Source of the DNA: Polymyxa betae A26-41
Lineage: Eukaryota; Protista; Endomyxa: Phytomyxea
DNA length: 43,024 nt
NCBI GenBank assembly: GCA_003693705.1
Contig: RBZT01000414.1
Location: 1-43,024, forward strand
Direction of reading: 5' to 3'
The position numbers were made by a program, and so were the translations under genes. Below, piece by piece: positions 1-12,264 of the stretch. How positions within the stretch are numbered: position 1 is the first letter of the stretch; each line of letters starts with the position of its first letter. The notes beneath the pieces are model-generated. The model did not search any database. It was given only the letters and a program-made list of their open reading frames with translations, and was not told where the DNA came from.

Positions 1-527
1 CATGGTGATGCTGGTTTGACGGGTCGTAAAATCATCATCGATACGTATGGAGGATGGGGCGCCCATGGTGGTGGTGCTTTCTCAGGTTCGCTTCTTGCTA
101 TCTTACTATCTCTTGTCTTATGGTTTGGTTTCAGGAAAAGACCCGACTAAAGTTGATCGATCTGCAGCTTATGCCGCCAGATGGGTTGCTAAGTCTTTAG
201 TTGCTGCTGGCCTCGCCAAGCGTGTCATAGGTTCGGGTCTCGCCTTCTTATTTCAAGCTCCCTAATATTTGTGGAACAGTGCAATTATCTTATGCCATTG
301 GTGTGTCTCACCCGCTTTCCGTTTTCGTCGATTCGTACGGAACCGGTGTGAGATCTGATGAGGAGCTGCTCAAGATCGTTCAAGATAACTTCGACCTTCG
401 TCCGGGTGCTATCATTCGCGAACTTGATCTCAAACGCCCCATCTACGTTGAAACGTCTGCCTATGGACATTTCGGTCGAAGTGAGAAGTCTTTCACCTGG
501 GAACAACCTAAACAGATGAAATACTAA
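1..527 (+). CDS. metK: S-adenosylmethionine synthetase, 3' part (5'-truncated by window). Exons <1-85, 135-230, 280-527
   Basis: Spliced translation [55 protein letters not shown]...VQLSYAIGV...[26 protein letters not shown], containing the MAT signature GGGAFSGKD. Two 49-nt GT-AG introns (86-134, 231-279) restore the frame. Confidence 0.97.
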
Positions 528-1668
528 ATCGATCTATAACATTGTTGCTTATAAATCTATAATTGCCATTCTCTTAACTGCTGGCTTTAAGAAATGTGCC
601 CTTTTTGTTTCTGTTCCAATGGAACATCTAGGATCACCGCTGAATTCGGGAGCCGTTACGGTTAACATGAATTGGTAGCAGTTCGATTGGGGCAGTCCTC
701 CTTCGACGGAATGGAAGTCTGAGAGGGCGATGTTTTAATTTCTGCAATAGAACACCTATCAATGTTCCGCGCTGGTAGACTTCAATTTTTTATATAATTT
801 TGACGAATTGAACAACTTTAACGTCGTCCAGGCGCTTGGCTGATTTGCTTACGGTGTAACATTATCACATCATCTGTGTGGGCGCAGCCACTTAAACGAC
901 ATATCGTTTAAATAACAAGAGCAGTTCCTATTTGGAGAGGGATACCACATTAACCATCCAATCGCCACCCCAGTTCACGAGGCCATCAGCAGTATGTCTC
1001 TGCTTGGAGGTTTAACAGCAAATAACCATGCTATAGTGAATGCATTCGTGGAGAAGTATTTCCAGCATTCCCACCAGAAAGTCTTAGGCATCATTGGCGG
1101 ATACACGGCTCTTTATTGTCAGTCCAAGTCTATTTCTTTATTTCTGCAACGTCTTTTCTTTAACTTAATTTAGAAAGTCTGTCAATCTAATGCTCACATT
1201 TCGCTAGACTTGGTAAAGTCCTTGAAACCGACGAAGGCGCCTGTTCCAGCATCATCACCATCTCAACCGTCTGGAGCTGGTTCTAAATACGGCTTCGAAA
1301 TTCCAACTTTGGAGACACTCGACGTAACATTTTTTTATTTTCGTAGCAGGATGTTCATTGATTGTTTCTTTATCAGCAATGGGCTGCAAATGAATCCAAT
1401 GTCAAGGCCTGGGAGTCCTGGATATCTAAGCCCGATAGCCTCAACGAGTGGGCGAAACAATTCGAGAAGTAATTTTTGCAATAAAAGCCCATCGAGTCCA
1501 ATGGTAACATTCTACACTGAATTGAATTGTCTCTTTTGTGATGGCCTTGACGCCATCTCTAATGTCATACAATCCTCCATCATACGCGGAAATATTCATG
1601 AATCTTTATGCATATTTAACTGATTGCTATTCTTGCAAGATACGGGCGGCTTTGAAATGCTAGCACGT

Positions 1669-2658
1669 TTATTTAGTTGAGAAATATTCCTTGTCGGCGG
1701 GATTATTCTGGTTGAATATATGAAGACGCACATAACCATCTTCAGCGCCAGAGGCGAAACTCTTACCATCCGGGTTGAACGCCAACGTATTGATAGGACC
1801 GAAATGACCGGCAATGGCGCCCAGCATATCCTGATATACGATATGGTAGAAGATGGATTCGAATTTTCCTTGTCGAGTATGGGTCTGTGTGACATTCATC
1901 GCTTCTTCACCACCACCAATAATCACATAAGGCATCAGCGGTGAGATAATAGCAGCGTTCACTGGACGATCTGTCTTGAAGACTTTCAAGCAATCCAAAG
2001 ATCGCGTATCATACAGCCTGGCGGTTGTATCTTTCGATGACGTAATAAACATGGACTTATCCTTGGAGAACGACATGTTGTTAATGCCTTTAGAGTGGTC
2101 GGTCGCACGGCGAATCTCTTTACCGGTTTCAACATCCCAAACACGAACGCTGCCGTCATCACTAGCCGAAATGATGGACTCATTGAGAGGACCCCAGACG
2201 GCCCGGTTGATCTTGAGTTCGTGGCCAACAAGCTCACGAATCGGTTTGTCTTCAATGCGGTCAACATCGCCGCCGTGAATATTGTAGATGAAAATCTTGG
2301 GGTCTTGTCCCATGGCTTTATCACCAACAGTTAAAATCTGTCGGTCGCCTAACGCGAATCCAACAGCACGAACTGGTGACGCGTGTGTGAAAGAGAACAG
2401 TTCTTCTCCAGTTTCTAACTTCCAGAGTTTGGCGCTGTTATCAGCGGCACCAGTTAGGAACAGCGACGAATCAAAGTTCGAATCGCAGTGCCAGACCGAA
2501 CCTTTGTGGCCATTAAATGTGCCGAGGCGTTCGCCTGAATCGGCATACCAGGCGGTCGGTTTGTGGTCTTTGCTGCATGAGAACAGCAGATCACCCTCCC
2601 GGTTGAAATGCAGATGGGTGAGCGGACGCTCGTGGCCCTTGAGCAGGATGGGTCTCAT
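1669..2658 (-). CDS. EIF3I: Eukaryotic translation initiation factor 3 subunit I (WD40), intronless, 329 aa
   Basis: Starts MRPILLKGHERPLT...REGDLLFSCSKD and contains GGGEEAMNVTQT and GHFGPINTLAFNPDGKSFASGAEDGYVRLH, all characteristic of eIF3i/TIF34. Confidence 0.97.
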   Translation of the reverse strand: MRPILLKGHERPLTHLHFNREGDLLFSCSKDHKPTAWYADSGERLGTFNGHKGSVWHCDSNFDSSLFLTGAADNSAKLWKLETGEELFSFTHASPVRAVGFALGDRQILTVGDKAMGQDPKIFIYNIHGGDVDRIEDKPIRELVGHELKINRAVWGPLNESIISASDDGSVRVWDVETGKEIRRATDHSKGINNMSFSKDKSMFITSSKDTTARLYDTRSLDCLKVFKTDRPVNAAIISPLMPYVIIGGGEEAMNVTQTHTRQGKFESIFYHIVYQDMLGAIAGHFGPINTLAFNPDGKSFASGAEDGYVRLHIFNQNNPADKEYFSTK

Positions 2659-3162
2659 TGAAGGAAGACCCGAGGCGAGCTAAGCTGACAAGAACGACGA
2701 CGGAGTCCGCGGAGTGGTCGCGCATGGTTACGGACCATTTCCGGAATTTGTGGAAAGAACGAGATTTCTGATTGTCGGGATCCCGATCGAAGCAGTGTAG
2801 AGTTGTTAACAGCGCAGACGCGATGTCGCTTATTCTTCATGATATAACAAATTATATTCTTAAATTTAACGATTATTTATATCGATTATTCATTATTGTC
2901 AAAGAGTATGACAGTCACAAATTTCGAAATAATCATAAAGGGGATTACAGTACTCCAAACTAACAGTTTTTTTTTATTCCAGTTTCAAAGTTTGATTTAA
3001 CGATAATGCTTCATCCCAGTTAACGATTCTTGTAAAGTAAAACGATCAAGCAGTCCGCTGAGATATCGGTTGCATTCTCAAATGGGCGAGACACAAGAAA
3101 TCCGCAATAGACGACTATAATTACAACAAAAGGAAACAAGAGGCAGAGGGGCGGTCAAGTAC

Positions 3163-5076
3163 TCAAACCAATGGCTGCAAAAGCCTGAAATCGGCATCGA
3201 ATGCTCTGTCAATTATACCGAGCCATCGCCCCAGCTTGCAAACGGATGCCATTGATGCCACAATGGACATAACGATAAGCACCATGAACGGCGATTTCCA
3301 TATCATTGAAGTAAACGTCACCAAAACGACGAATGTCTTCACCAAAGTTATTGCCCAAGCTCCTTTCAAACCGAAAGGAACAACATAAGGTCGAGGCGCA
3401 TCAGGCTCTTTATACTTTAGCACCATAAAGGCTGCAAATTCGAAGAGCAAGCAGCTACAATTGAGTAACATCTCGAATTCGATGAGGAAGGAGAAGTCGG
3501 CCAGAGACAGCAAGGCAGTGATAATGAACTGGACAATGAGGGCATTGATTGGTGTCACAAAACGAGTTGATAGTTGCGACATGCACGATGGTAATGTTCG
3601 GAACGTGACTGTTGACATCGGGTCGCTATCACAAGCCATCGCCCACATCCGTCTAGAGGTTGAAGCGATTCCAGCGTTCTAAAGCATCGTTAGAAACGAA
3701 TGATTCGACAGCGGAGATCGCTAACGAGCTGGCCAATGCTTCCACAAGTGCAGGCGACTCGCATCCAAACGGCCATCCAGGGCGCCACACGCAAAGCGGC
3801 GTCAAAAAACGCATCGCTGTGCCAAAGCAGTGGGTCGGGTATGATGCTGTACGATACGATAATCGGAATGATATAGGCGCAGGACGACATCAGCAGAGCC
3901 AGAAAGATGCCCAGTGGGTACGTCTTTGAAGGGTTAGATACCTCTCCAGCAATAGCTCCGAGAGCGTCCCATCCTACCAATGAAATTAAGAACATCAACA
4001 AATAATGGGAAAAGACAGCACGAACCAGTATTAGACCAGAGTAGGACAGAAGCCATCAAGCCCCAATCAAGAGTCTTTGGCATTCGCGACCAAACGTGCG
4101 GTTGGAAATGTGTCACAGCGTATGGTATTTCGACAGCGAACACTGACTGAGGACAGATATCAGTTAACAATAGAGATTTAGAGAGCAGTATAACCATGGT
4201 AACGATTAAAAGAAATATTGAGATTAGGCCGACGAAATCCAGTCCGAGAGCGTTGAAGAATGAAACTGCAGCGAGAAGGATAATCTTGACAGCATATCTG
4301 CCGATGCGACCCAAGCTATCAGGCATGTAGGCGGCGACCAAGCTTCTATTAACAGTTCTCAACAACGATGCGAAGGAGAGGGAAAAGCAAAGTACGGATA
4401 GAGGCAAATGTCGAATAAAGAGACGAGCAGAGAGGAATAGGCATTGACAACCCCCGAGGTCTCCCCGAGAGCTCTCCAAACCCAGATATACGAGCCTAAC
4501 AAGTACACATAAGTGGAAGATGCTTAATAATATCCAGTTGTCTCACCTCCATTCTCCGGCATCATGGTTGACAACTCTAAGAACCAGAATAAGTACGAGT
4601 TTAGTTTAAGCAATGTAGCAACAAGATGAATAACATAATCGAAAACGAAGAGCCTTTTGTAGACCTATGTGGAAAACGAATCTAAGAGATTTTGATGCGG
4701 GAGAACCGTGCGAAATTGGGACAAAAATAAAGTAAAAAAATTCTGTCGACAGAAAACATGGTACCAGCTGTCATGAGAGATTGCGGGATACCCCATAGGA
4801 AAGGCAATAAGACAAGGCCAATGAGGCAGTATAATACGCCTCCAGCGCCCACTGCATCTTCTAATCCGAACGGCCCTGTTCGGTGGCTGTCAACAATCTC
4901 ATACTTTCGTTAAGAAAGCGCATACCTCCGCATGTCAGAAAAAACGATAGGACGACAAAGCGCCATAGAGATAAAACCCGAACTGGTTTTTGCTTCAAAT
5001 GAACGTCATTATCAACGTCAAGTTCTGGTTGCGACTCGATCCATCTATCTGGCGAGGATGTGGTCGTGCCGCCCAT
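3163..5076 (-). CDS. APC-superfamily amino acid/polyamine transporter (PUT/RMV1/LAT-like), multi-exon
   Basis: Exon pieces FFLTCGG..FGLEDAVGAGG..GLVLLPFLWGIPQSLMTAELSTMMPENG, LLWSNTG/WDALGAIAGEVSNPSKTYP and FEFAAFMVLKYKEPDAPRPYVVP, with many hydrophobic helices. Not all exon boundaries were resolved. Confidence 0.88.
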
Positions 5077-5745
5077 CGGCGGCCACGCTCAGTCCTCGTC
5101 AGGACCAGGACGAGCTGGGATCGAACGACAAGCGAGTCGGGTGCTGCCCGCTGGACGTCGTTATTTGAACAGAAAGCGACGGCGGCGTTATGGGATAGAG
5201 AGTGTGAAAGGTTAGGGTCCAGATGCGGCAATAACTGCAGACAGCTGATTAAGTGAGGTGGACAACTGCGGTTTAGCTGGAACGAATACGGTGGTGCAGC
5301 TGGTGATAGATTGGCGAAAGGCGGAGAGACCGAAAACTGTCTCTGTATGAGAGAGGTTAAAAAGGAGCGATTTAAGGAAGGAGCGTGGCGATACAATATG
5401 GAGACCCGAAGACCGATTGGATGCGCTGTTAAGGGCATTTGAGCCTTACGATACGTTACACCATGCGCATTGAAATATTCACCGATTTCCACTGAAATCC
5501 TGGTCTGATTTGTTACCACTGTAACTGGATACCGGCTGATATGAAGCTCTTTGCAGATTTTTAGTGTGGGTCATCTCACAGTGGCTTGAGTGGGCCGCCG
5601 TCTTTGCGTTACTGTCATCACTGCTCTTTACATTTCTCTCTTCTCGTTTCTATTTCGTTGTCGTCATCATCATGTCGGTTTTCGATCGGAGGCGATGGCG
5701 GTGTTGCGTGAAGGTGTGCGGGGACCCCCGGATCCATTCCGTATC

Positions 5746-6312
5746 ATGCTGAAGTCGGTCGTGGCCATCGTCCGATTCGGGAGTGCCTCTCGCCGTCTAG
5801 CGGCGGCTGCGGCGCCGGCTGGCAGTTCGAAAAAGAAAAAGAAGGCAATGACGAAAGCCGGAGCATCATTGGCAGACCGTGAGGCATCGGCTGAGGATGC
5901 CAAGATGTACGATGAAATCATGAAGTGGATGGATTCGAAGGGCCCCATCGATGATCGAACTGCCGAGGTGTTTATCAATTGCTTGGGTTTTACCGAATTG
6001 TGCAACAAGCCATTTCCAAATGAATCTCCAATGTTTTTCAATTCTAAGGCTTCCACTGAATGGGTTTAGGAGAAAGCTGAACACGAGCGAATTGCCAAAG
6101 AATACAGTCGGAGATGCGGTGAGCGTGATCGTCAGCATGTGGCGTTCTTCAAAGAGCGGATCGCTTTACGAAAAGCAGCAATCGCCGCTCTACCGACCGA
6201 GGCCCTGCGCCAAGCTGCGCTCCTTGAACTCGAGAGCGATCAGTTTCCGCTATATATCCCACATGCTGCTGTTCATCCACCTAATCCCGATTATACTCAT
6301 GCCCAAAAATAG
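5746..6312 (+). CDS. MRPL40: Mitochondrial ribosomal protein mL40-like. Exons 5746-5967, 6070-6312
   Basis: Basic presequence-like N-terminus and KKKKK. After a GT-AG intron (5968-6069) it reads EKAEHERIAKEYSRR...RKAAIAALPTEALRQAAL...FP...HPPNPDY, resembling the mL40 C-terminal ALP..L..AA...FP....PP..Y pattern. Start codon is uncertain. Confidence 0.7.
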
Positions 6313-6542
6313 AGCGTCTTAATCACAGAAAATGTTGATAAATTCCGAGACTGGTGCCGTTACTGACACAGCAAAGTTTAAAACTTTGTTCTTGAACATA
6401 AATCATTAAAAGAAAACTTTTGATTGGCGTTTGGCCAGAGCTAAATACATCACTTGTAATTTGTTTGATGTCGGGCCGATTTTGCTGGAATCCTCAAGGG
6501 TGATCTACGCAGATTTGAGTGGATCGGTGCGAGATTCTCAGC

Positions 6543-7451
6543 ATGGTTGCGATGGCCATTGACGACGGTCGGCCATGGACATATGAGATCGTGCCTCAGG
6601 CGACGCTGAGCGCCTTGCAACCGAGCCCAGATGATGGCCGCTACTTGGCTTATGTCACCGATGCCGCTCTTACCATCATCGATGACAACCAGTCTGTTAT
6701 CGCCTCCGAGCCACACGGCTTCAGCTACGTCTCCAGTCTCGACTGGCATCCATCCCAGGCCATACTGGCCACTGCCAACTCGAATCGCACCGTCTCTCTG
6801 CATCATCTAAACCGCGACTCTGTGCGCTCGGAATCGTTCGCCATTCACGACGACGCTGTTAACGCCGCCGCCTTCACAACATCGTCGCTTTTATCGGCTT
6901 CTGATGACGCTACGATTCGCGCCGTGTCGTTGAGGGACGGTACGACCCAGGTCCTGCGCCGTCTGCAATCTGCAGGTGTCACTGTCCGCGTCCATGAGAA
7001 TATCATTCTGGTCGCTGAGCTTAACGGTGCCGTTCATCTCCTGGACGAGCGAACACCGCAAACTTCTAAAACATTCCAGGCGCCGAATCCGCTCATTGAC
7101 GCCGATATGGCGTTTCCATACGTCGGCGTAGTCACTGATCATGCCATCGCTCTTTATGATTTACGACGGCCGGCAATACCCGCCCGTATCAGGAAGATCG
7201 CCACGCCGGCGTCGGCGCCACCTTTGCAGAGGATTCGATTCTCACCCTGTGACACGAGAGTGTTCGCCTTGGCCCAAGCTGATGGGGTGGTCGTTTGGGA
7301 TGTCGAACAAGAAGCGCCATTGGGGTCGTTTGGGCAAAAAGTCGCCCCAATGGGGCTAGCATGGCACCCGACCCGCCTCTGGTGTTATAGCGGTGACGAT
7401 TTTCAGATTCGACGGTGGGCTATTCGAGAGCGCTTGAAACTATATTGTTAA
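6543..7451 (+). CDS. NUP37: WD40 protein, nucleoporin Nup37-like, intronless
   Basis: Ordered motifs SASDDATIR, LQSAGVTV..H, LVAELNGAV, PLIDAD, VGVV and GLAWHPT..C..GDD..I..W parallel metazoan Nup37 as recalled (SVSDDHTCR, LHSPGMSV.WH, MVAEKNGTI, PLMSAH, VGAV, GLSWH...C..GGD....W). Confidence 0.72.
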   Translation: MVAMAIDDGRPWTYEIVPQATLSALQPSPDDGRYLAYVTDAALTIIDDNQSVIASEPHGFSYVSSLDWHPSQAILATANSNRTVSLHHLNRDSVRSESFAIHDDAVNAAAFTTSSLLSASDDATIRAVSLRDGTTQVLRRLQSAGVTVRVHENIILVAELNGAVHLLDERTPQTSKTFQAPNPLIDADMAFPYVGVVTDHAIALYDLRRPAIPARIRKIATPASAPPLQRIRFSPCDTRVFALAQADGVVVWDVEQEAPLGSFGQKVAPMGLAWHPTRLWCYSGDDFQIRRWAIRERLKLYC

Positions 7452-8704
7452 AATTATGTAATCTTCTGTAAAAAAAAAATTATACTTACCCCTTCCGGTT
7501 CTATTCTACAAATGTACTCCCTGCAGTATTAATAACTCTATCGATTATTAATCAATGCCGATATCAGATATGGAAACCAAATGTTTTATTAATTTTAGCA
7601 ATGAAACGTACTCAATCCGATCGAACACTCACCTAAAAGCAACATATCAGGGGTCTGATGATGAAAGCGTGAGAAATAATCTCAATATACAAAAATCAGA
7701 AATTTCCGTTATTGTTGTTCGTCTTCATAGAAATTCAGGCGAACGAGACAATGAAATCATCATACTGAAAAATATAATGAGTAATTTCTGTACCTTAAAT
7801 AACCTCGGCGCTGTACGTGACAATTCACAGATCCATAACCTATACACAATTTCAATCAGTACAGATAAGAGGCAATCCCGAAATGGGAAATGTTAGGATA
7901 GGTTCATATAGGAGCGAAAGACAAAATTGAGTTTCCCCATCGCTGTTAGCTGCGGAGTGAACTATGCATTGATAATCATAACAAAGATATCAAAATCATG
8001 CTACTACATACCACGATCGATTGAAATGCCAACCAAAGCGATACAGAATGAATGCGGACGTTGGTCGATGAGACCATGAGGTTGCGGATTGATTCAGCTC
8101 CGTCACGGAGATCGAGATATTAGAGCATCCCGTCATACTACGAACGAGGAACCCCTACCGGTTTTGAAAAGCCGGGAAAAAATGTCGGTTTCCAATGAAA
8201 ATGTACAATATTTTTCATTTCATTCTATAGAGTTTACTTGCTTTGCTGTCAAATCTTTACATGGTTGTTGATTGAAAACACGAATGGATTTGGACTTCCA
8301 TTTTCATCATGATAAAAGGCTCTGCTCTATTCCTTCACCTAGTTTCATTAGTCAATGTTCCTCCGTGCATTCCGTTCAAGATTTATTTGAGAGCAAAATG
8401 ACGCTGTTCCTGTGATGCAAATCAGTTAGAGAATACGAACCTTGTCTGAATTCAGAATAGGAAATTGTACTAATACACCTTTCACAATGAACGATGAATC
8501 AATGAACTTTGAATCGATTGTGCTCTTGTATTTGATGCCACGAACGTGTTTTTCACGAGCTTCTCGTTTCAAACTAGTATGCTCCCTGTGAAAATTCAGG
8601 CCAATGCAGAAGCCTTTGCTTGCAATTGTCGTATTTAAGACATTAGTGGTAGTTTAATTCAATAAATATAGTTAAGGTATTGTAATTAAAGGGATAGATA
8701 GCAA

Positions 8705-9577
8705 TTATTGTGTGAGGATCAGGACCAGATCAAGGTCGGAATCGGGCTGACAGAGATATGACCAGGTTTTCGCTTGCCTGACCAGATCAATCTGGCAGCA
8801 AAGCTGTGATAGGCTCGGTCTTTCCAAGAATTTCACAGAGACCTTTCGTAGCATTGATGTAGCCGCGAACAATGCATCCCTATCGACTATGGTGTTGTCA
8901 GCAATTAATCATTATCAGGTTTGAAAATAGTAAAGCAAATTAGGATAACCAAAACTACTTTGTTCAGAAAACCGTCATAAAGATATTCCTGCAAGACAAC
9001 AACGCTTTGCACTTTTTGTAAAAATTCCGATTCGGCGGCAAAAAAAATTCAAATTTGTTGAAGAAATCGGATGAACTCTATGACAAAAAGCGCGCTTAAA
9101 GCCTTATACGTACCATAAGAATCTCCAAACGATAGGACTGTTCGGCCTATGAACGTGTCGTTTAAGGCTCGGAACGCCTGCACCTTCCAGTCGGCTGGTG
9201 AGTTAGGGAAGTGCCGTTCGAAAGCCGACCTGGCCGAAATCACAGTGATCTTGGCCAGCAAGGGTATGACACCTGGTAGGAACCTCTGGGCCGACATCTG
9301 AACCCATCCCGACTCGCTATTCGTCACGATGAAAACGGTGCCAGAAGCGACGGCTAAGCTGAGGAGCTCGAACACGGACGATTCCAGCGCCTTGAGCTCA
9401 TGCTGAATGATGGGCGTGAACTGATGCCCGCCCTCGATGCCATAACCATAACACGAGAGATCTGTAGACGCCAGCAGGGTATCATCCTACACGAGATCAG
9501 CCCAGAGTTGAGCAGATGACGGTGCCGCTTACCCAATCGAAGATGATGACGGGTCGCTGGTGCCTATGCACGATCAT
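8705..9577 (-). CDS. HAD-superfamily (DxD) phosphatase-like protein of a family common in SAR protists, multi-exon
   Basis: Spliced product VIIFDW|DDTLLAST...VFIVTNSESGWV...VISARS..E...WKVQAF...VLSFGDSY|VDRDAL...SVKFLERP contains HAD motifs I (DxD), II (TN), III (K) and IV (GDS). Start is uncertain. Confidence 0.75.
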
Positions 9578-10037
9578 GATCGTTCAAATGGTCGACGTCA
9601 GCCTTATGTCGAATGTCTTCGGGTCAAGGCTGATGCCGCGACGGAGCCGCCCGCATAACGCATCCCTAACAAGCCACTGAGCAAGATTTGGTTCGACGGA
9701 TGTGCTGCCGAGCCGACGCAACTTCGACGGAGTCTGCCGAGCCGATCCGACTGCGACGAAATCTAAATCTGTCGCAGGAGCCAAGGTGAATGATGAAGTG
9801 TTTGCAGGTGCTTTGTCTGGTGAGCGGACAACTCCAGAACTTTCGTAAACTTTTATTCAGAACAAGGCAGATTTATCAGCATATTGTTAAAAAATTCAAC
9901 GCATACATATTGGTAGGCTAAATAGCTGTATAAAGACACCATCTATGATTTCATGGGCGACTTGGCTTGTCTACAAATGCTTCGTCTTGTTATCATCTCG
10001 ACAGAGATGAAATCGTCCGAACTGAGGCGGGTTCGTT

Positions 10038-11929
10038 CTAGGCAGCCTTTTGTCCAACACGTTTTTGCTTTTGGGACTTGGTTTTAGCAGAGCCAGCATG
10101 TTTACGAGAATCATGCCTGGACATTCGTGCCTGATCTCGCATTCCTTTGCCACCATTCCAGAATTCACTGCCAGCTCGGGTCGTATCTGTGTTCAATAAA
10201 CGACAATAATATCAACGATGCAGATCGTCTTACTTCGACCACATGGACATTTTCCAGTACCAGAAATTGCCGATTCTTGTGAGCAGTAGCCACAGATCTG
10301 TCTTAGGGCCCATTTCATTTCATGTGGATTGGAAGCAGTGCCAAGCTCGTGGCAGATGTCGCAAGGGAACGCCTTCCCACAGCACGGGAACCTTAACCAT
10401 CGGTATGATTTCGAATAATGCTTGCAGGTGCCGAAATCAGGCAGAGGTGTTCCTTTCTTAACGGCACTCAGCGATTCAACAGATCGAGCAGGTCGCACTG
10501 TAAAATCTCACTTTCAGCTTTGTAAACAAATGTATCAGAACCATACAAGAGGGTTTTTCGGACGCTGTCTCTTGCTTCGATTTCTTTGAAAGTGTAGCAG
10601 ATTCAGCAGTGGACTTTCCAACGAGCTCGACATCGCCGCAAACGAGCGTCATTGCTAGAAAGCATTCCCGACAATGAACGAGTAGTTTTTTAGGGCCCGA
10701 TTCAATGCGTTCCATTAACAGATCGCTGGAGCATCCTGCACAAGAAGCCCAGATATCGGATGGAAGATAGTCGACGACGTCACAATCCGAAGTCTGGACG
10801 GTCCCGAATCGGAAATTTGAGATGTGGACGATCTCGAAGGAAAACTTGGCGGACCATTGCTCGTTGCAGGATTCGCAAGAACCGGATTCGAGCAGGGTTG
10901 GGACCAGCTTGGCATCGAAATTACGGCCGCATCGAGAACATTTTAGAACTAATCGCACGATGCGGATCCGAGCCATAGCGATATTAATCAGCTGAATCGA
11001 TGGGAATATGAGCTCGACACCTTGCGAGGCAGGTTTCAGCTCTTCCATTGCCGGTAATGGCTCCGGCTGCGACTATAAAAAATTTCAACAATCAATATGC
11101 AGATTCCGAACAAAGTACCGGTTCAAAGGTGATTTCTTGCAAATTTTCAGTGATTTGTCTCACTTTCGAATGGTGCTCAGATTCTGCTTGCAGCGCTGAT
11201 CGGATCTCTTTAAATCGTGCGATACAATCAGCAGCTGTCTTGCCGTCAACCTTTTCGGAGATTAAACGCCATCTGGCTTCAGGCGATTGCTCTTTGGACT
11301 TCGGCACAGACTTCAATGCTTGTTCAAGCTGCGACTGTTGCTCAGGAGTCCATGAATTCGTACCAACTGGAGCTTCTTGCTTCGACTAACAATCTAGTTA
11401 TTCGCATTTTGAATATTTGAGAACACCAACAGGACCTGCTGCTGTTGATTTAGAACATCACATCCCAGCTTCATCAAGCCGTTCAGATTATCGTCGAGCC
11501 ATTTTAAAACGGCGATAATCATTGACGAACGTCCTCGCCTCTTTTCACAGAATTTTAACAACCCTTCAATAATAACCCTGTAATCCAGCGATCAATGCGA
11601 TACGATAACCACAAAACATGAGCAGAACCTGCGAATTTCGACAGCCTGATTATCATTGATCTTGAAGCTTGGCAGCTCGGATGGATAACTTTCTGGAATA
11701 GAAATCTCTAAAGGAAGACATTTCACTCTGGAAAAACGCTGTCGATATTCCGGGTCCTGACATTCGAAATCGAGAGCGATTCGAACAACCGAGTTATCTG
11801 GGTCTCTGGTCATCCTAACCGCTAAGATCAGCATCGACAGCTTAACCGTCTGACGATTGCAGACCGGAACGCGGACGAACGATACGTTCGTTGAAGGTGT
11901 CGAAGTTCCGAGTCCAGATCGGCAGCCAT
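10038..11929 (-). CDS. Uncharacterised protein: RWD-like N-terminus, SANT/Myb domain, Cys-rich region and C-terminal CHY zinc finger, multi-exon
   Basis: Contains IPESYPSELP (RWD/UBC-like YP), WTPEQQSQLEQALKSVP...RWRLISEKVDGKTAADCIARFKEI (SANT) and GTCKHYSKSYRWLRFPCCGKAFPCDICH...ICGYCSQE (CHY). The last exon reads FWNGGKGMRDQARMSRHDSRKH. Confidence 0.8.
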
Positions 11930-12264
11930 CGCGATGTCCGTCGCCGATCGCTGCTTTTTGCAATAACATGTTGATAGTTATGACATTATGAGGCTATTGT
12001 GCTCTCTATGAAGCCAGGAGGCTTCTACTTTGTATCCTTGGTTTGTTAAGGTCTGAAATTCGAGGGTTCGTTTAGGATCACTATTTCACGAAATCAAAAC
12101 GACTGCTTTGAATTGCCAGAGCGATAGATTCAAACTATTTTGTAGAACTATCAGTAGACCATCATTCCTTCTCTACGACAAGGCACTGTTTTGGACCATG
12201 GCGTCCTTTGATATGCAAGCGGTGAATGCGGCGAGAAAAGGGGGAATTCAGACTTGATAAAAAA

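Noticed and set aside
1596-2840. Multiple antisense and alternative-frame ORFs over eIF3i (likewise over the CCCH, RhoGAP and RRN7 genes)
   Set aside because: Shadow ORFs of real coding sequence with no recognisable motifs.
7482-7492. ATACTTACC resembling the U1 snRNA 5' end
   Set aside because: It continues CCTTCC rather than TGG, and no U1 stem-loops or Sm site are evident.
7555-8650. Short ORFs in the AT-rich gap after NUP37
   Set aside because: No recognisable motifs or consistent spliced model; treated as intergenic or too decayed to call.
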